The notes beneath the pieces were generated by a model. The model was given only the letters and a program-made list of their open reading frames with translations, searched no databases and was not told the DNA's origin. From assembly GCA_950097015.1 (NCBI GenBank), contig CATNEN010000012.1, positions 2,604,001 through 2,668,000 on the forward strand: a stretch of DNA of 64,000 bases, read 5' to 3'. Below, in pieces: positions 12,285 to 25,700 of this stretch. Both the position numbers and the translations under genes were made by a program. Origin of the DNA: Macrostomum hystrix (lineage: Eukaryota > Animalia > Platyhelminthes). Position 1 is the stretch's first letter, and the number at the start of each line of letters is the position of its first letter.

Positions 12285-12640
12285 ATGAATCCCATAGATC
12301 CCACGGATCCCAGATCCCATGGATCCCAGATACCATGGATCCCAGATACCATGGATCACAGATCCCATGGATCCCAGATCCCATGGATCCCAGATCCCAT
12401 GGATCCCAGATCCCATGGATCCCAGATCCCATGGATCCCAGATCCCATGGATCCCAGATACCATGGATCCCAGATACCATGGATCACAGATCCCATGGAT
12501 CCCAGATCCCATGGATCCCAGATCCCATGGATCCCAGATCCCATGGATCCCAGATCCCATGGATCCCAGATCCCATGGATCCCAGATCCCATGGATCCCA
12601 GATCCCATTGATCCCAGATCCCATGGATCCCAGATCCCAG
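12285..12640. repeat. 16-bp minisatellite (GATCCCAGATCCCATG)n immediately 3' of the SINHCAF stop codon
   Basis: About 21 direct tandem units. Confidence 0.95.
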
Positions 12641-12642
12641 CC

Positions 12643-14810
12643 TCAAAGCGACGCTCCACTTCCCCCTGCAGACGGCGTGTCGCTGGTGAAGGACTCTGGC
12701 GCTTCAGTGCTAGTGACGGAGGCGGTCTCGGAGCCGCCACCTGCCAGCAGTCGCCGCCTCTTCGTAGTAAGAAAAGCTGAATGGACCTGCTGAAACGACA
12801 GAGGTCCGTCTGACTGGGTGATGCAGCGCGACTGCATGACGTCCTGGAATAGTTCGCCGATCTCCTTGCTGTCCGGTATCTTCACCGGCTGCATGATGAC
12901 TCGCTTCTTGTAGTATTGCTGCCGACGCCGGCCAGTGGCGCCGCCGCTCGATGGTGGCGCCAATGGCGCGCGGAACTCACCGTCTGCAATGTTCAGGGAG
13001 CAGAGGTCCAAAAAAAGTGATGCCACAGAATCCCAGCAAGGTCGGAGCAGGCCACTCATAGGCAGATCAGAACGCTCACCCTGACCAATCCGTCCGGGCA
13101 GAGCAGCCAACCCGCCGCAGCCGCCAGATCCGACGCCGCCGTTACCACTGAGTCCCGCCAGGCCGCCAAGACAAGATGCCGTCTGGGGCAACAGGTCGAC
13201 GCCTCCGCAGCTGCCATCAGCTGACTGCTGCTTGCCGTTAGACCCTAAGCTGCTTCCGTTTCCGGCGCCGTTAAAGTTGCTGGAAACGTTGCCGCCACCG
13301 GAGCCGCCGACGCCGACTTTGGCAGCGGCGGCTTCGCGTTGCTCGCGACGACGATTGCGCTTACTGATTTGCTTCATGTGCTTGGGACCTGTGCCGAAGC
13401 GCGAGTCAACCACCTGCAACAGGGCAGCCAGATTTCACGCACGTTACTTTAAGTAGCTTTACGAGCATTTGAAGCGGAAAAAATAAAAGTAAAGCCTTTT
13501 TAAACAATAATGGACAGAAATAATGTTGAAACGCCCGTCTATTAAGCGCTAGAATATTCTATGATTATTTTTTAACTGAGGCATTCAGCTTTCTAGCCTC
13601 TGTTTACGAAAAATGCTAAGCCGCCCCTAAGCCGTCGCCAGCATCCATCCACCTCCGCAGCTCCCCCTGGGGAAATCCGAGGCGTCACGAGATTCTCCCG
13701 CGGCCCAACCTAGCAGCAATTTTATCCGTTCAACTCCTCGCAGAAGGATTAAAAAATGCTCCTTTGTAATCTAAAACACCGAGAACAACCTAAAAAATGG
13801 GCGAAATGGAATAGGAACACTCCGAGGAACTGCAATGACTGCAACTCCCTGATGTGGTAGGGCGTTACCGTGCATTCAGTTCAGAGAAACAGTTTTTCTC
13901 TACGGAAAAGTTCCACTGCTTCCGTAGAAACAAAAAATCTGTCACTTCTCCGAAACAAGAAAGCATTGGTGAAACCATGGATTCCTTTTTCGAAAAGAAA
14001 TAGCTCCGAACTGTTGAGAAATACAGGAAATTTATCCGCTTTTCTAAAGCAATCGTAATTTCTCTTATCAGAGAAAATATTTTTTACTTAAGAACTATTT
14101 CTATGAAAATGAAATTAGTTGACCTCAAGAATGTGAAAAGCCACATGTAGAAAAAAAATACAGGAGGATTTCTCGCTGTGCATCTAGCTATCCAGGCAGG
14201 GCGGCGGCTTTCTGACTGCGCAGAAAAATCTAGAAGTGTCAGATTGAATTCCTCACCCCTTAGATTGATTCGAAATGCCCGCCTGTTTTAATTCTCTATC
14301 CAGCCCTGTCCAGTGTCCAGCCTTGACCTTGGGCAACCTTGGGCCAGTTTGCAATTGTACTTGCTAAGACTAGCTGAGAAACACAAAGAGAAACTGGATA
14401 AGAGATGAACATCACCAGCCGTGTGGGAGCAGGGAGTGCAGGGCGGATGGCAGTGTTGGGTTACGCAAATGACCCCACCTAAAGATGCTAGCCTAATTAA
14501 TCCTTCGGAACACTAAAATATCGTATTAAGTAGAGATGGGTCTTACATTAGCATAAGGTGCTTTATTGGGGCCGGCGCTAGAATAGCTGGGACTGCCGCC
14601 GCCGCCGCTATTGGACCCTCCATTGCCAGCAGCTCCGCGGCGAATGCACAGAATGCAGGCGTTGCAAATGTGGCCAGAGCGATTGCGCGCCTTGGCGCCA
14701 AACACCTGGGCAAAGCTGGCCTCGTAGTCAGCGGAGGACTGGAACCGGGTGGTACTACTCTTGGTGGCGCATATGCAGCAGCCGTCCTTGTGGCGGAATT
14801 GTTGCTTCAT
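12643..14810 (-). CDS. SINHCAF: SIN3-HDAC complex-associated factor (FAM60A/SINHCAF) homolog, 2 coding exons, 344 aa
   Basis: Exons are 14810-14547 (donor GTAAG, phase 0) and 13413-12643 (acceptor TTGCAG). The N-terminus GCCICATKSSTTRF...YEASFAQVFG...RSGHICNACIL and the spliced ANVVDSRFG match the FAM60A pattern GCCICRAKSSSSRF...YEKDFQSCFG...RSGDICNACVL...NHVVDARAG. Confidence 0.82.
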
Positions 14811-16238
14811 TGTCCTAAATCTATTAACCAGACTAATTACCTTGGTCTGTGATTCAGTTCATGAAGAATGTAGGAAGACAAGTCCAGCTGTAATCAAAGC
14901 CAATTATTTAGATGGAAGCAGCTAAACTACTAGCTAGCTTGCTGCCAGGAAGGCAATGCAACCAGATTTCTGGAGTGCTGTCTTCTGGAAAAAATTAGTT
15001 TTTAAAAGTTATATATGAGCTTTAAAAAGTTGAGTGCAGAATTTAATCACTGTGAAAAGCTGGTAAAGATTTTGGCAAGAAAAACTGGTTATTGCCTTCA
15101 GTTTTGCCTTGTCTAGACGAGTCATCACCTTTTCACCAAGCACCATCTCTATTTTCAATGATTATGGAAGATTAACTATTATATGCTGAGAATAGCTAGC
15201 TTTAATACTAAATATAAAACAATTGGACTAAATTAAGTAATTAGATATATCTGAACGAATTCTCTAAACTTTCATATCATAAAAAATTACCTTTTAATTG
15301 TGCAATCACTAAAGTATTTAGAAATATTGGTAGATAATAAAGTAAATATCAGAGTTATAAAGTTAATGTTGTTTTATTAGTTTATGTTGAACAATATTTT
15401 AACTCATATGGTTGACCAAATACAAGTGTTTTTAATATTACAGCCAATGGCACACTTTTGTCTTTTATAACCCACAATCAGATTATGGACATTCTTAGAG
15501 CCTAGCTGCAAACTTAAAGCTTTCATGAATCATAGAGAAACTCAAAATGTTGACAGTTTAGATGCTAGAAAATGCAAGTCAATTTGAAGACAAGTATACA
15601 ACATTTTGTTACATTTAACTACATTAGGCAAGGCAATGAATCATTTTATTTGGCTATAATATGCCCATATTTAAATTAATTTAGAACATTATAGAACATA
15701 CTACTGATATTAAAAGTAGAACATACAAAGAAATAGAAAAAAGAAGCTAACAAACCAAGCTATGTGATGAGTAGGGCTAACTATAGCATTTAGCAGCAAA
15801 AAAAGTGGTATATAAAGTGGACAATGTTGCAGATTTCCTTTTGCAATCTATCAAGCATCAAAAGTGCACATAATTAGGCGTGAGGGTGAAAAAAATGCTC
15901 ATGTTTAGTGGTAATCATAAAATTCAATTATAGAAAAACGGATTATATTAGTTTTTTTGTATTATTATGATATTGTCAATTGATAAAGTATCTAGCAATC
16001 GAAACAAAGAAAATAGCGCAGCCATGTTAAAAATGAAATGTCAATTGTAGGCAATACAAAATGCGTTTGGATTAGAGCATTGATTGGTTGTCTAATATAA
16101 ATTAAATACATTTTTGGTAATGGACCCGACAATTCACCTGCTTAAAATTCTCAACATTTTGTTAAAATGTCACGAAAACTATTGCTAGCGCAAGTTAAAA
16201 AATAGTTTTACTGACCGACTCTGCCAAGGATTATTGTC

Positions 16239-16580
16239 TTGTTTATGCGAATTCTTTCTCGATCTAGTGGAGCTGATGCGGCAAGTTGTGCTTCTTTGGA
16301 CAGGAGCCCAAGCGCCATTAAACTGGCTATGAGCCGACCGCCGAGGCGACGAATGATCAAAAGCAAAGAGACGGCGTCGCTAACGCTAAGTAACGCCGAT
16401 TTGCAGCGACTAGTACTGCTTGAGCAACTGAAGTTTTTTAGGATGAAGAACGGTCGGGTTTTAGAGGACGGTGCCTGTATGCGTCCGAGTATACAAGGAG
16501 GTGGTGTCTACATGGATCTGCTCGAGGGTAGTCCGTGCGACGAGTCACCTGACCCTGCGCCTGCTGAGCCTCTAGTTTGA
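16239..16580 (+). CDS. Possible coding exon of unknown function (LSNADLQRLVLLEQLK motif)
   Basis: A GC-richer ORF island in AT-rich flanks, with a candidate acceptor TCTAG at 16267 and an amphipathic helix motif. No upstream exon was identified. Confidence 0.3.
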   Translation: MFMRILSRSSGADAASCASLDRSPSAIKLAMSRPPRRRMIKSKETASLTLSNADLQRLVLLEQLKFFRMKNGRVLEDGACMRPSIQGGGVYMDLLEGSPCDESPDPAPAEPLV

Positions 16581-17058
16581 GTTAACACTTATAACATAAG
16601 TCAAAAGAAACTTTTTGGTTGTCTCCAATATAATTACTTGCGTTGAAGCCTGGTTCTTTTTGCTGTTATATTGTTTTATTTATTGCAATAATAAGAGGAA
16701 ACAAAAAAATAAACACAAATATTACACGATATATAAACTCGAATATATGCTATCTCTATATATCAGAGCTCTATATATTTTGTGAAGACAAAACGTGCAT
16801 TTCTTTTTCAATTTTAAACGTGCGTTGCGGATATGTGTAGCATAATGCTAAAGTTATGCCACGTTATAAATAGAGTTTCATATTTTTGAAGCTCTGAAGA
16901 GTCCAGCAGCATTTCGGTTGACATACCAAGAGGGAGCAAATAATGCACGTAAAAGCTACAAGCCTGGCTAAATTTAGCTTCAAGTCATTTTCGAGCCACT
17001 CGCTTTCTAAGAATGCAACAGGAGTAAAACGCGGCAGGTTTGCTAGAGACACCAGCAG

Positions 17059-17243
17059 TCAGCTGACGCTTTCTCTTTTCTTGCGGTCATTGGCCTCCTT
17101 AACAATCTTCTCCACCTTCTCATGATGCATGCTGGCCCGCTGGATCGTCTCCATTGCTCGCCGCTGTTAAGGCAGGAAAATTTGCGAATTGTACAAAAAT
17201 GGCAAAAATTTTACATATATGCCATTATAACAAATACTATATA

Positions 17244-17291
<48 letters not shown>

Positions 17292-19006
17292 GGAGCCTCG
17301 TGAGTCACCGTTAAGCACACAAAGTCAGTAAGCCGGATGGCAGACTCAATCATTAAGAAGACTCTCAGGCTCTCCGTTCGGTATTAGCATTTCTATCCCG
17401 AGGGATTTTAACGACGGCCCAGACCTTATTTCATTTTATAGTGCCAGAGAAAATCGTTGGAGAGTTCATAGGATGTGTTGTAGCCCATACCAGGCATCAG
17501 CCAAATATTGTGCCAAATTCTGATCTTTGGTACACAAGCACTAAAGTATGCACTTGCATTTACTTCTGCGTATAGTATCCACTCCGTTGGATTGGCTAGG
17601 CTAGCAATCCACTCCATCGCATTGGCTAGTCTAGCAATCCACTCCATCGCATTGGCTAGTCTAGCAATCCACTCCATCGCATTGGCTAGTCTAGCAATCC
17701 ACTCCATCGCATTGGCTAGGTTAGCAATCCACTCCATCGCATTTGCTAGTCTAGCAATCCACTCCATCGCATTTGCTAGGTTAGCAATCCACTCCATCGC
17801 ATTGGCTAGTCTAGCAATCCACTCCATCGCATTGGCTAGTCTAGCAATCCACTCCATCGCATTGGCTAGTCTAGCAATCCACTCCATCGCATTTGCTAGG
17901 CTAGCAATCCACTCCATCGCATTTGCTAGGCTAGCAATCCACTCCATCGCATTGGCTAGGCTAGCAATCCACTCCATCGCATTGGCTAGGTTAGCAATCC
18001 ACTCCATCGTATTGGCTAGTCTAGCAATCCATTATATCGCATTGGCTAGTCTAGCAATCCACTCCATCGCATTGGCTAGTCTCAATCCACTCCATCGCAT
18101 TGGCTAGTCTAGCAATCCACTCCATCGCATTTGCTAGGCTAGCAATCCACTCCATCGCATTTGCTAGGCTAGCAATCCACTCCATCGCATTTGCTAGGCT
18201 AGCAATCCACTCCATCGCATTGGCTAGGCTAGCAATCCACTCCATCGCATTGGCTAGTCTAGCAATCCATTATATCGCATTGGCTAGTCTAGCAATCCAC
18301 TCCATCGCATTGGCTAGTCTAGCAATCCACTCCATCGCATTGGCTAGTCTAGCAATCCACTCCATCGCATTTTCTAGGCTAGCAATCCACTCCATCGCAT
18401 TTGCTAGGCTAGCAATCCACTCCATCGCATTGGCTAGGCTAGCAATCCACTCCATCGCATTGGCTAGGTTAGCAATCCACTCCATCGCATTGGCTAGGTT
18501 AGCAATCCACTCCATCGCATTGGCTAGGCTAGCAATCCATTATATCGTATTGGCTAGGCTAGCAATCCATTATATCGCATTGGCTGGGCTAGCAATCCAC
18601 TCCATCGCATTGGCTAGGCTAGCAATCTATTATATCGTATTGGCTAGGCTAGCAATTCATTATATCGCATTGGCTAGGCTAGCAATCCATTATATCGTAT
18701 TGGCTAGGCTAGCAATTCATTATATCGCATTGGCTAGGCTAGCAATCCATTATATCGCATCGGCTAGGCTAGCAATCCATTATATCGTATTGGCTAGGCT
18801 AGCAATCCACTACACTAATGTACCTTCCGTCGCTCCTCAGCCTCCACCTGCCGCCTGGTCATGATTTCGGACGTGACCTCCTGACGATCCTCCAGTCGCT
18901 GCTCGAGGTGTCTCGGCCGGCGCCCGGCACTCCGTGCGATGTTGTCCTTGTCCACCGGCACTCGGAAAGCAATCGCCTGCGTTTTCTGCTCCACGGAGTC
19001 CGACAT
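17059..19006 (-). CDS. Small stathmin-like protein, 2 coding exons, 95 aa
   Basis: Exons are 19006-18824 (donor GTACAT, phase 0) and 17163-17059 (acceptor TTAACAG). AIAFRV...RPRHLEQRL...TSEIMTRRQVEAEERRK resembles the stathmin AFEL...P...SLEEIQKKLEAAEERRK pattern and is followed by a charged helix. Confidence 0.65.
17245..17288. repeat. (CTAT)n microsatellite
   Basis: Directly visible, in the stathmin-like intron. Confidence 0.95.
17575..18812. repeat. 30-bp minisatellite (CTAGCAATCCACTCCATCGCATTGGCTAGT)n inside the stathmin-like intron
   Basis: About 41 tandem units; the array abuts the exon donor at 18823. Confidence 0.95.
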
Positions 19007-19397
19007 TGCTCAACTGGTTGAGAGCTTGGCTTGAGGGATACAGAGAGAAGAGACTTAGTCTGTTGCCAAGCTATGCAGACAGACCAGATATCCCCTATTT
19101 ATTCGATTGGTCAGCTATATTGCCGAGTGATTCATTGGTGCAGCACAGACCATAGCTGGATGTGCCGTATAGGCATATATAGCATAGAAGTGACAGTCCA
19201 GCGCATTTCGCCTATTTCCATCATCAATCATCACCCCATGCCCATTCTCCGACACATATTCTCCTTTTAGCAATATCCCTATAGTTTATGATAAGTGCAC
19301 AAACTGCTTTTGTTAGAACGATTTTCTCGGTATTTCGAGATAAGGATAAACAAAAAATATAAATAACTGATTGTATTATTACTTAGACGATAGCACA

Positions 19398-19578
19398 GCC
19401 CAGTCCATGGACTGGCGGGCCACGCCCAACCTCAATTACCCCAGTTAACAGCTGGGTGAACTGAATTAATGCATCGTTAAGTGTCTTGCTAAAGGACTTA
19501 AATTGCTCCGGTGCAGTAAGGATTCGAACCACCGACCTTCGAGTCCGACCCTCCAACCAACCCGGTTATAAATCCTCA
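19398..19578 (-). mobile_element. tRNA-derived SINE, family A (truncated, degenerate copy 3)
   Basis: Contains AACAGCTGGGTGAACTGAA...TTAAGTGTCTTGCTAAAGGAC...GGATTCGAACC. Confidence 0.75.
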
Positions 19579-19751
19579 ATTTAGACCGCAGAAAAAACCA
19601 GGACACCGGTTCATTATGAAAAACATGCTTAAGAAAACAACTTAAGACATTACTTCAAGTAGTTTGTTTCTCAGGTAGTCGAAAAGATTTCTAGAACTCA
19701 GCATATACTCGTACATACTAATATCTCTCTAGAATCGCTCTGGAAGTTCAC

Positions 19752-22700
19752 AGGAATCTCACTGAATCAATATCATGGAATCTCATTGAATCAATATCAT
19801 GGTATCTCACTGAATCAATAGCATGGAATCTCATTGAATCAATATCATGGAATCTCACTGAGTCAATATAATGGAATCTCACTGAATCAATATAAAGGAA
19901 TCTCACTGAATCAATATCATGGAATCTCATTGAATCAATATCATGGAATCTCACTGAATCAATAGCATGGAATCTCATTGAATCAATATCATGGAATCTC
20001 ACTGAGTCAATATAATGGAATCTCACTGAATCAATATAAAGGAATCTCACTGACTCAATATCATGGAATCTCACTGAATCAGTATCATGGAATCTCACTG
20101 ACTCAATATCATGGAATCTCACTGAATCAATATCATGGAATCTCACTGACTCAATATCATGGAATCTCACTGAATCAATATAAAGGAATCTCACTGAATC
20201 AATATCATGGAATCTCACTGAATCAGTATCATGGAATCTCACTGACTCAATATCATGGAATCTCACTGAATCAATATCATGGAATCTCACTGACTCAATA
20301 TCATGGAATCTCACTGAATCAATATAAAGGAATCTCACTGAATCAATATCATGGAATCTCACTGAATCAATATCATGGAATCTCACTGAATCAATATCAT
20401 GGAATCTCATTGAATCAATATCATGGAATCTCACTGACTCAATATCATGGAATCTCACTGAATCAATATCATGGAATCTCACTGACTCAATATCATGGAA
20501 TCTCACTGAATCAGTATCATGGAATCTCACTGACTCAATATCATGGAATCTCACTGAATCAATATCATGGAATCTCACTGACTCAATATCATGGAATCTC
20601 ACTGAATCAATATCATGGAATCTCACTGAATCAATATCATGGAATCTCATTGAGTCAATATCATGGAATCTCACTGAATCAATATCATGGAATCTCATTG
20701 AATCAATATCATGGAATCTCACTGACTCAATATCATGGAATCTCACTGAATCAATATCATGGAATCTCACTGAATCAATATCATGGAATCTCATTGAATC
20801 AATATCATGGAATCTCACTAAATCAATATCATGGAATCTCACTGAATCAATATCATGGAATCTCACTGAATCAATATCATGGAATCTCACTAAATCAATA
20901 TCATGGAATCTCACTGAATCAATATCATGGAATCTCACTAAATCAATATCATGGAATCTAACTGAATCAATATCATGGAATCTCACTGAATCAATATCAT
21001 GGAATCTCACTGAATCAATATCATGGAATCTAACTGAATCAATATCATGGAATCTCACTGAATCAATATCATGGAATCTAACTGAATCAATATCATGGAA
21101 TCTCACTGAATCAATATCATGGAATCTAACTGAATCAATATCATGGAATCTCATTGAATTAATATCATGGAATCTCATTGAATTAATATCATGGAATCTC
21201 ACTGACTCAATATCATGGAATCTCACTGAATCAATATCATGGAATCTCACTGACTCAATATCATGGAATCTCATTGAATCAATATCATGGAATCTCACTG
21301 ACTCAATATCATGGAATCTCACTGAATCAATATCATGGAATCTCACTGAATCAATATCATGGAATCTCACTGAATCAATATCATGGAATCTCACTGAATC
21401 AATATCATGGAATCTCATTGAATCAATATCATGGAATCTCACTAAATCAATATCATGGAATCTCACTGAATCAATATCATGGAATCTCACTGAATCAATA
21501 TCATGGAATCTCACTGAATCAATATCATGGAATCTCACTGAATCAATATCATGGAATCTCACTAAATCAATATCATGGAATCTAACTGAATCAATATCAT
21601 GGAATCTCACTGAATCAATATCATGGAATCTAACTGAATCAATATCATGGAATCTAACTGAATCAATATCATGGAATCTCACTGAATCAATATCATGGAA
21701 TCTAACTGAATCAATATCATGGAATCTCACTAAATCAATATCATGGAATCTCACTGAATCAATATCATGGAATCTCACTAAATCAATATCATGGAATCTA
21801 ACTGAATCAATATCATGGAATCTCACTGAATCAATATCATGGAATCTCACTGAATCAATATCATGGAATCTAACTGAATCAATATCATGGAATCTCACTG
21901 AATCAATATCATGGAATCTAACTGAATCAATATCATGGAATCTCACTGAATCAATATCATGGAATCTAACTGAATCAATATCATGGAATCTCATTGAATT
22001 AATATCATGGAATCTCATTGAATTAATATCATGGAATCTCACTGACTCAATATCATGGAATCTCACTGAATCAATATCATGGAATCTCACTGACTCAATA
22101 TCATGGAATCTCATTGAATCAATATCATGGAATCTCACTGACTCAATATCATGGAATCTCACTGAATCAATATCATGGAATCTCACTGAATCAATATCAT
22201 GGAATCTCACTGAATCAATATCATGGAATCTCACTGAATCAATATCATGGAATCTCATTGAATCAATATCATGGAATCTCACTAAATCAATATCATGGAA
22301 TCTCACTGAATCAATATCATGGAATCTCACTGAATCAATATCATGGAATCTCACTGAATCAATATCATGGAATCTCACTGAATCAATATCATGGAATCTC
22401 ACTAAATCAATATCATGGAATCTAACTGAATCAATATCATGGAATCTCACTGAATCAATATCATGGAATCTAACTGAATCAATATCATGGAATCTAACTG
22501 AATCAATATCATGGAATCTCACTGAATCAATATCATGGAATCTAACTGAATCAATATCATGGAATCTCACTGAATCAATATCATGGAATCTAACTGAATC
22601 AATATCATGGAATCTCACTGAATCAATATCATGGAATCTAACTGAATCAATATCATGGAATCTCACTGAATCAATATCATGGAATCTAACTGAATCAATA

Positions 22701-25700
22701 TCATGGAATCTCACTGACTCAATATCATGGAATCTCACTGAATCAATATCATGGAATCTCACTGAATCAATATCATGGAATCTCACTGACTCAATATCAT
22801 GGAATCTCACTGAATCAATATCATGGAATCTCACTGACTCAATATCATGGAATCTCACTGACTCAATATCATGGAATCTCACTGAATCAATATCATGGAA
22901 TCTCACTGACTCAATATCATGGAATCTCACTGAATCAATATCATGGAATCTCATTGAGTCAATATCATGGAATCTCACTGAATCAATATCATGGAATCTC
23001 ATTGAATCAATATCATGGAATCTCACTGACTCAATATCATGGAATCTCACTGAATCAATATCATGGAATCTCACTGAATCAATATCATGGAATCTCATTG
23101 AATCAATATCATGGAATCTCACTAAATCAATATCATGGAATCTCACTGAATCAATATCATGGAATCTCACTGAATCAATATCATGGAATCTCACTGAATC
23201 AATATCATGGAATCTCACTGAATCAATATCATGGAATCTCACTAAATCAATATCATGGAATCTAACTGAATCAATATCATGGAATCTCACTGAATCAATA
23301 TCATGGAATCTCACTGAATCAATATCATGGAATCTAACTGAATCAATATCATGGAATCTCACTGAATCAATATCATGGAATCTAACTGAATCAATATCAT
23401 GGAATCTCACTGAATCAATATCATGGAATCTAACTGAATCAATATCATGGAATCTCATTGAATTAATATCATGGAATCTCATTGAATTAATATCATGGAA
23501 TCTCACTGACTCAATATCATGGAATCTCACTGAATCAATATCATGGAATCTCACTGACTCAATATCATGGAATCTCATTGAATCAATATCATGGAATCTC
23601 ACTGACTCAATATCATGGAATCTCACTGAATCAATATCATGGAATCTCACTGAATCAATATCATGGAATCTCACTGAATCAATATCATGGAATCTCACTG
23701 AATCAATATCATGGAATCTCATTGAATCAATATCATGGAATCTCACTAAATCAATATCATGGAATCTCACTGAATCAATATCATGGAATCTCACTGAATC
23801 AATATCATGGAATCTCACTGAATCAATATCATGGAATCTCACTGAATCAATATCATGGAATCTCACTAAATCAATATCATGGAATCTAACTGAATCAATA
23901 TCATGGAATCTCACTGAATCAATATCATGGAATCTAACTGAATCAATATCATGGAATCTAACTGAATCAATATCATGGAATCTCACTGAATCAATATCAT
24001 GGAATCTAACTGAATCAATATCATGGAATCTCACTGAATCAATATCATGGAATCTAACTGAATCAATATCATGGAATCTCACTGAATCAATATCATGGAA
24101 TCTAACTGAATCAATATCATGGAATCTCACTGAATCAATATCATGGAATCTAACTGAATCAATATCATGGAATCTCACTGACTCAATATCATGGAATCTC
24201 ACTGAATCAATATCATGGAATCTCACTGAATCAATATCATGGAATCTCACTGACTCAATATCATGGAATCTCACTGAATCAATATCATGGAATCTCACTG
24301 AATCAATATCATGGAATCTCACTGACTCAATATCATGGAATCTAACTGAATCAATATCATGGAATCTCACTGAATCAATATCATGGAATCTCACTGAATC
24401 AATATCATGGAATCTCACTAAATCAATATCATGGAATCTCACTGAATCAATATCATGGAATCTCACTGAATCAATATCATGGAATCTAACTGAATCAATA
24501 TCATGGAATCTCACTGAATCAATATCATGGAATCTAACTGAATCAATATCATGGAATCTCACTGAATCAATATCATGGAATCTCACTAAATCAATATCAT
24601 GGAATCTAACTGAATCAATATCATGGAATCTCACTGAATCAATATCATGGAATCTCACTGAATCAATATCATGGAATCTCACTGACTCAATATCATGGAA
24701 TCTAACTGAATCAATATCATGGAATCTCACTGAATCAATATCATGGAATCTAACTGAATCAATATCATGGAATCTCACTGAATCAATATCATGGAATCTA
24801 ACTGAATCAATATCATGGAATCTCACTGACTCAATATCATGGAATCTCACTGAATCAATATCATGGAATCTCATTGAATTAATATCATGGAATCTCACTG
24901 ACTCAATATCATGGAATCTCACTGAATCAATATCATGGAATCTCACTGAATCAATATCATGGAATCTCACTGACTCAATATCATGGAATCTCACTGAATC
25001 AATATCATGGAATCTAACTGAATCAATATCATGGAATCTCACTGAATCAATATCATGGAATCTAACTGAATCAATATCATGGAATCTCACTGAATCAATA
25101 TCATGGAATCTAACTGAATCAATATCATGGAATCTCATTGAATTAATATCATGGAATCTCATTGAATTAATATCATGGAATCTCACTGACTCAATATCAT
25201 GGAATCTCACTGAATCAATATCATGGAATCTCACTAAATCAATATCATGGAATCTAACTGAATCAATATCATGGAATCTCACTGACTCAATATCATGGAA
25301 TCTCACTGAATTAATATCATGGAATCTCATTGAATTAATATCATGGAATCTCACTGACTCAATATCATGGAATCTCACTGAATCAATATCATGGAATCTC
25401 ACTGACTCAATATCATGGAATCTCATTGAATCAATATCATGGAATCTCACTGACTCAATATCATGGAATCTCACTGAATCAATATCATGGAATCTCACTG
25501 AATCAATATCATGGAATCTCACTGAATCAATATCATGGAATCTCACTGAATCAGTATCATGGAATCTCACTGACTCAATATCATGGAATCTCACTGAATC
25601 AATATCATGGAATCTCACTGACTCAATATCATGGAATCTAACTGAATCAATATCATGGAATCTCACTGAATCAATATCATGGAATCTAACTGAATCAATA

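Noticed and set aside
12140-12793. SHGSQIPWIPDPMDPR ORFs on both strands
   Set aside because: They are translations of the 16-bp array plus the antisense of the SINHCAF last exon.
17426-18864. MEWIASLANA and LAIHSIALAS ORFs
   Set aside because: They are translations of the 30-bp array inside the stathmin-like intron.
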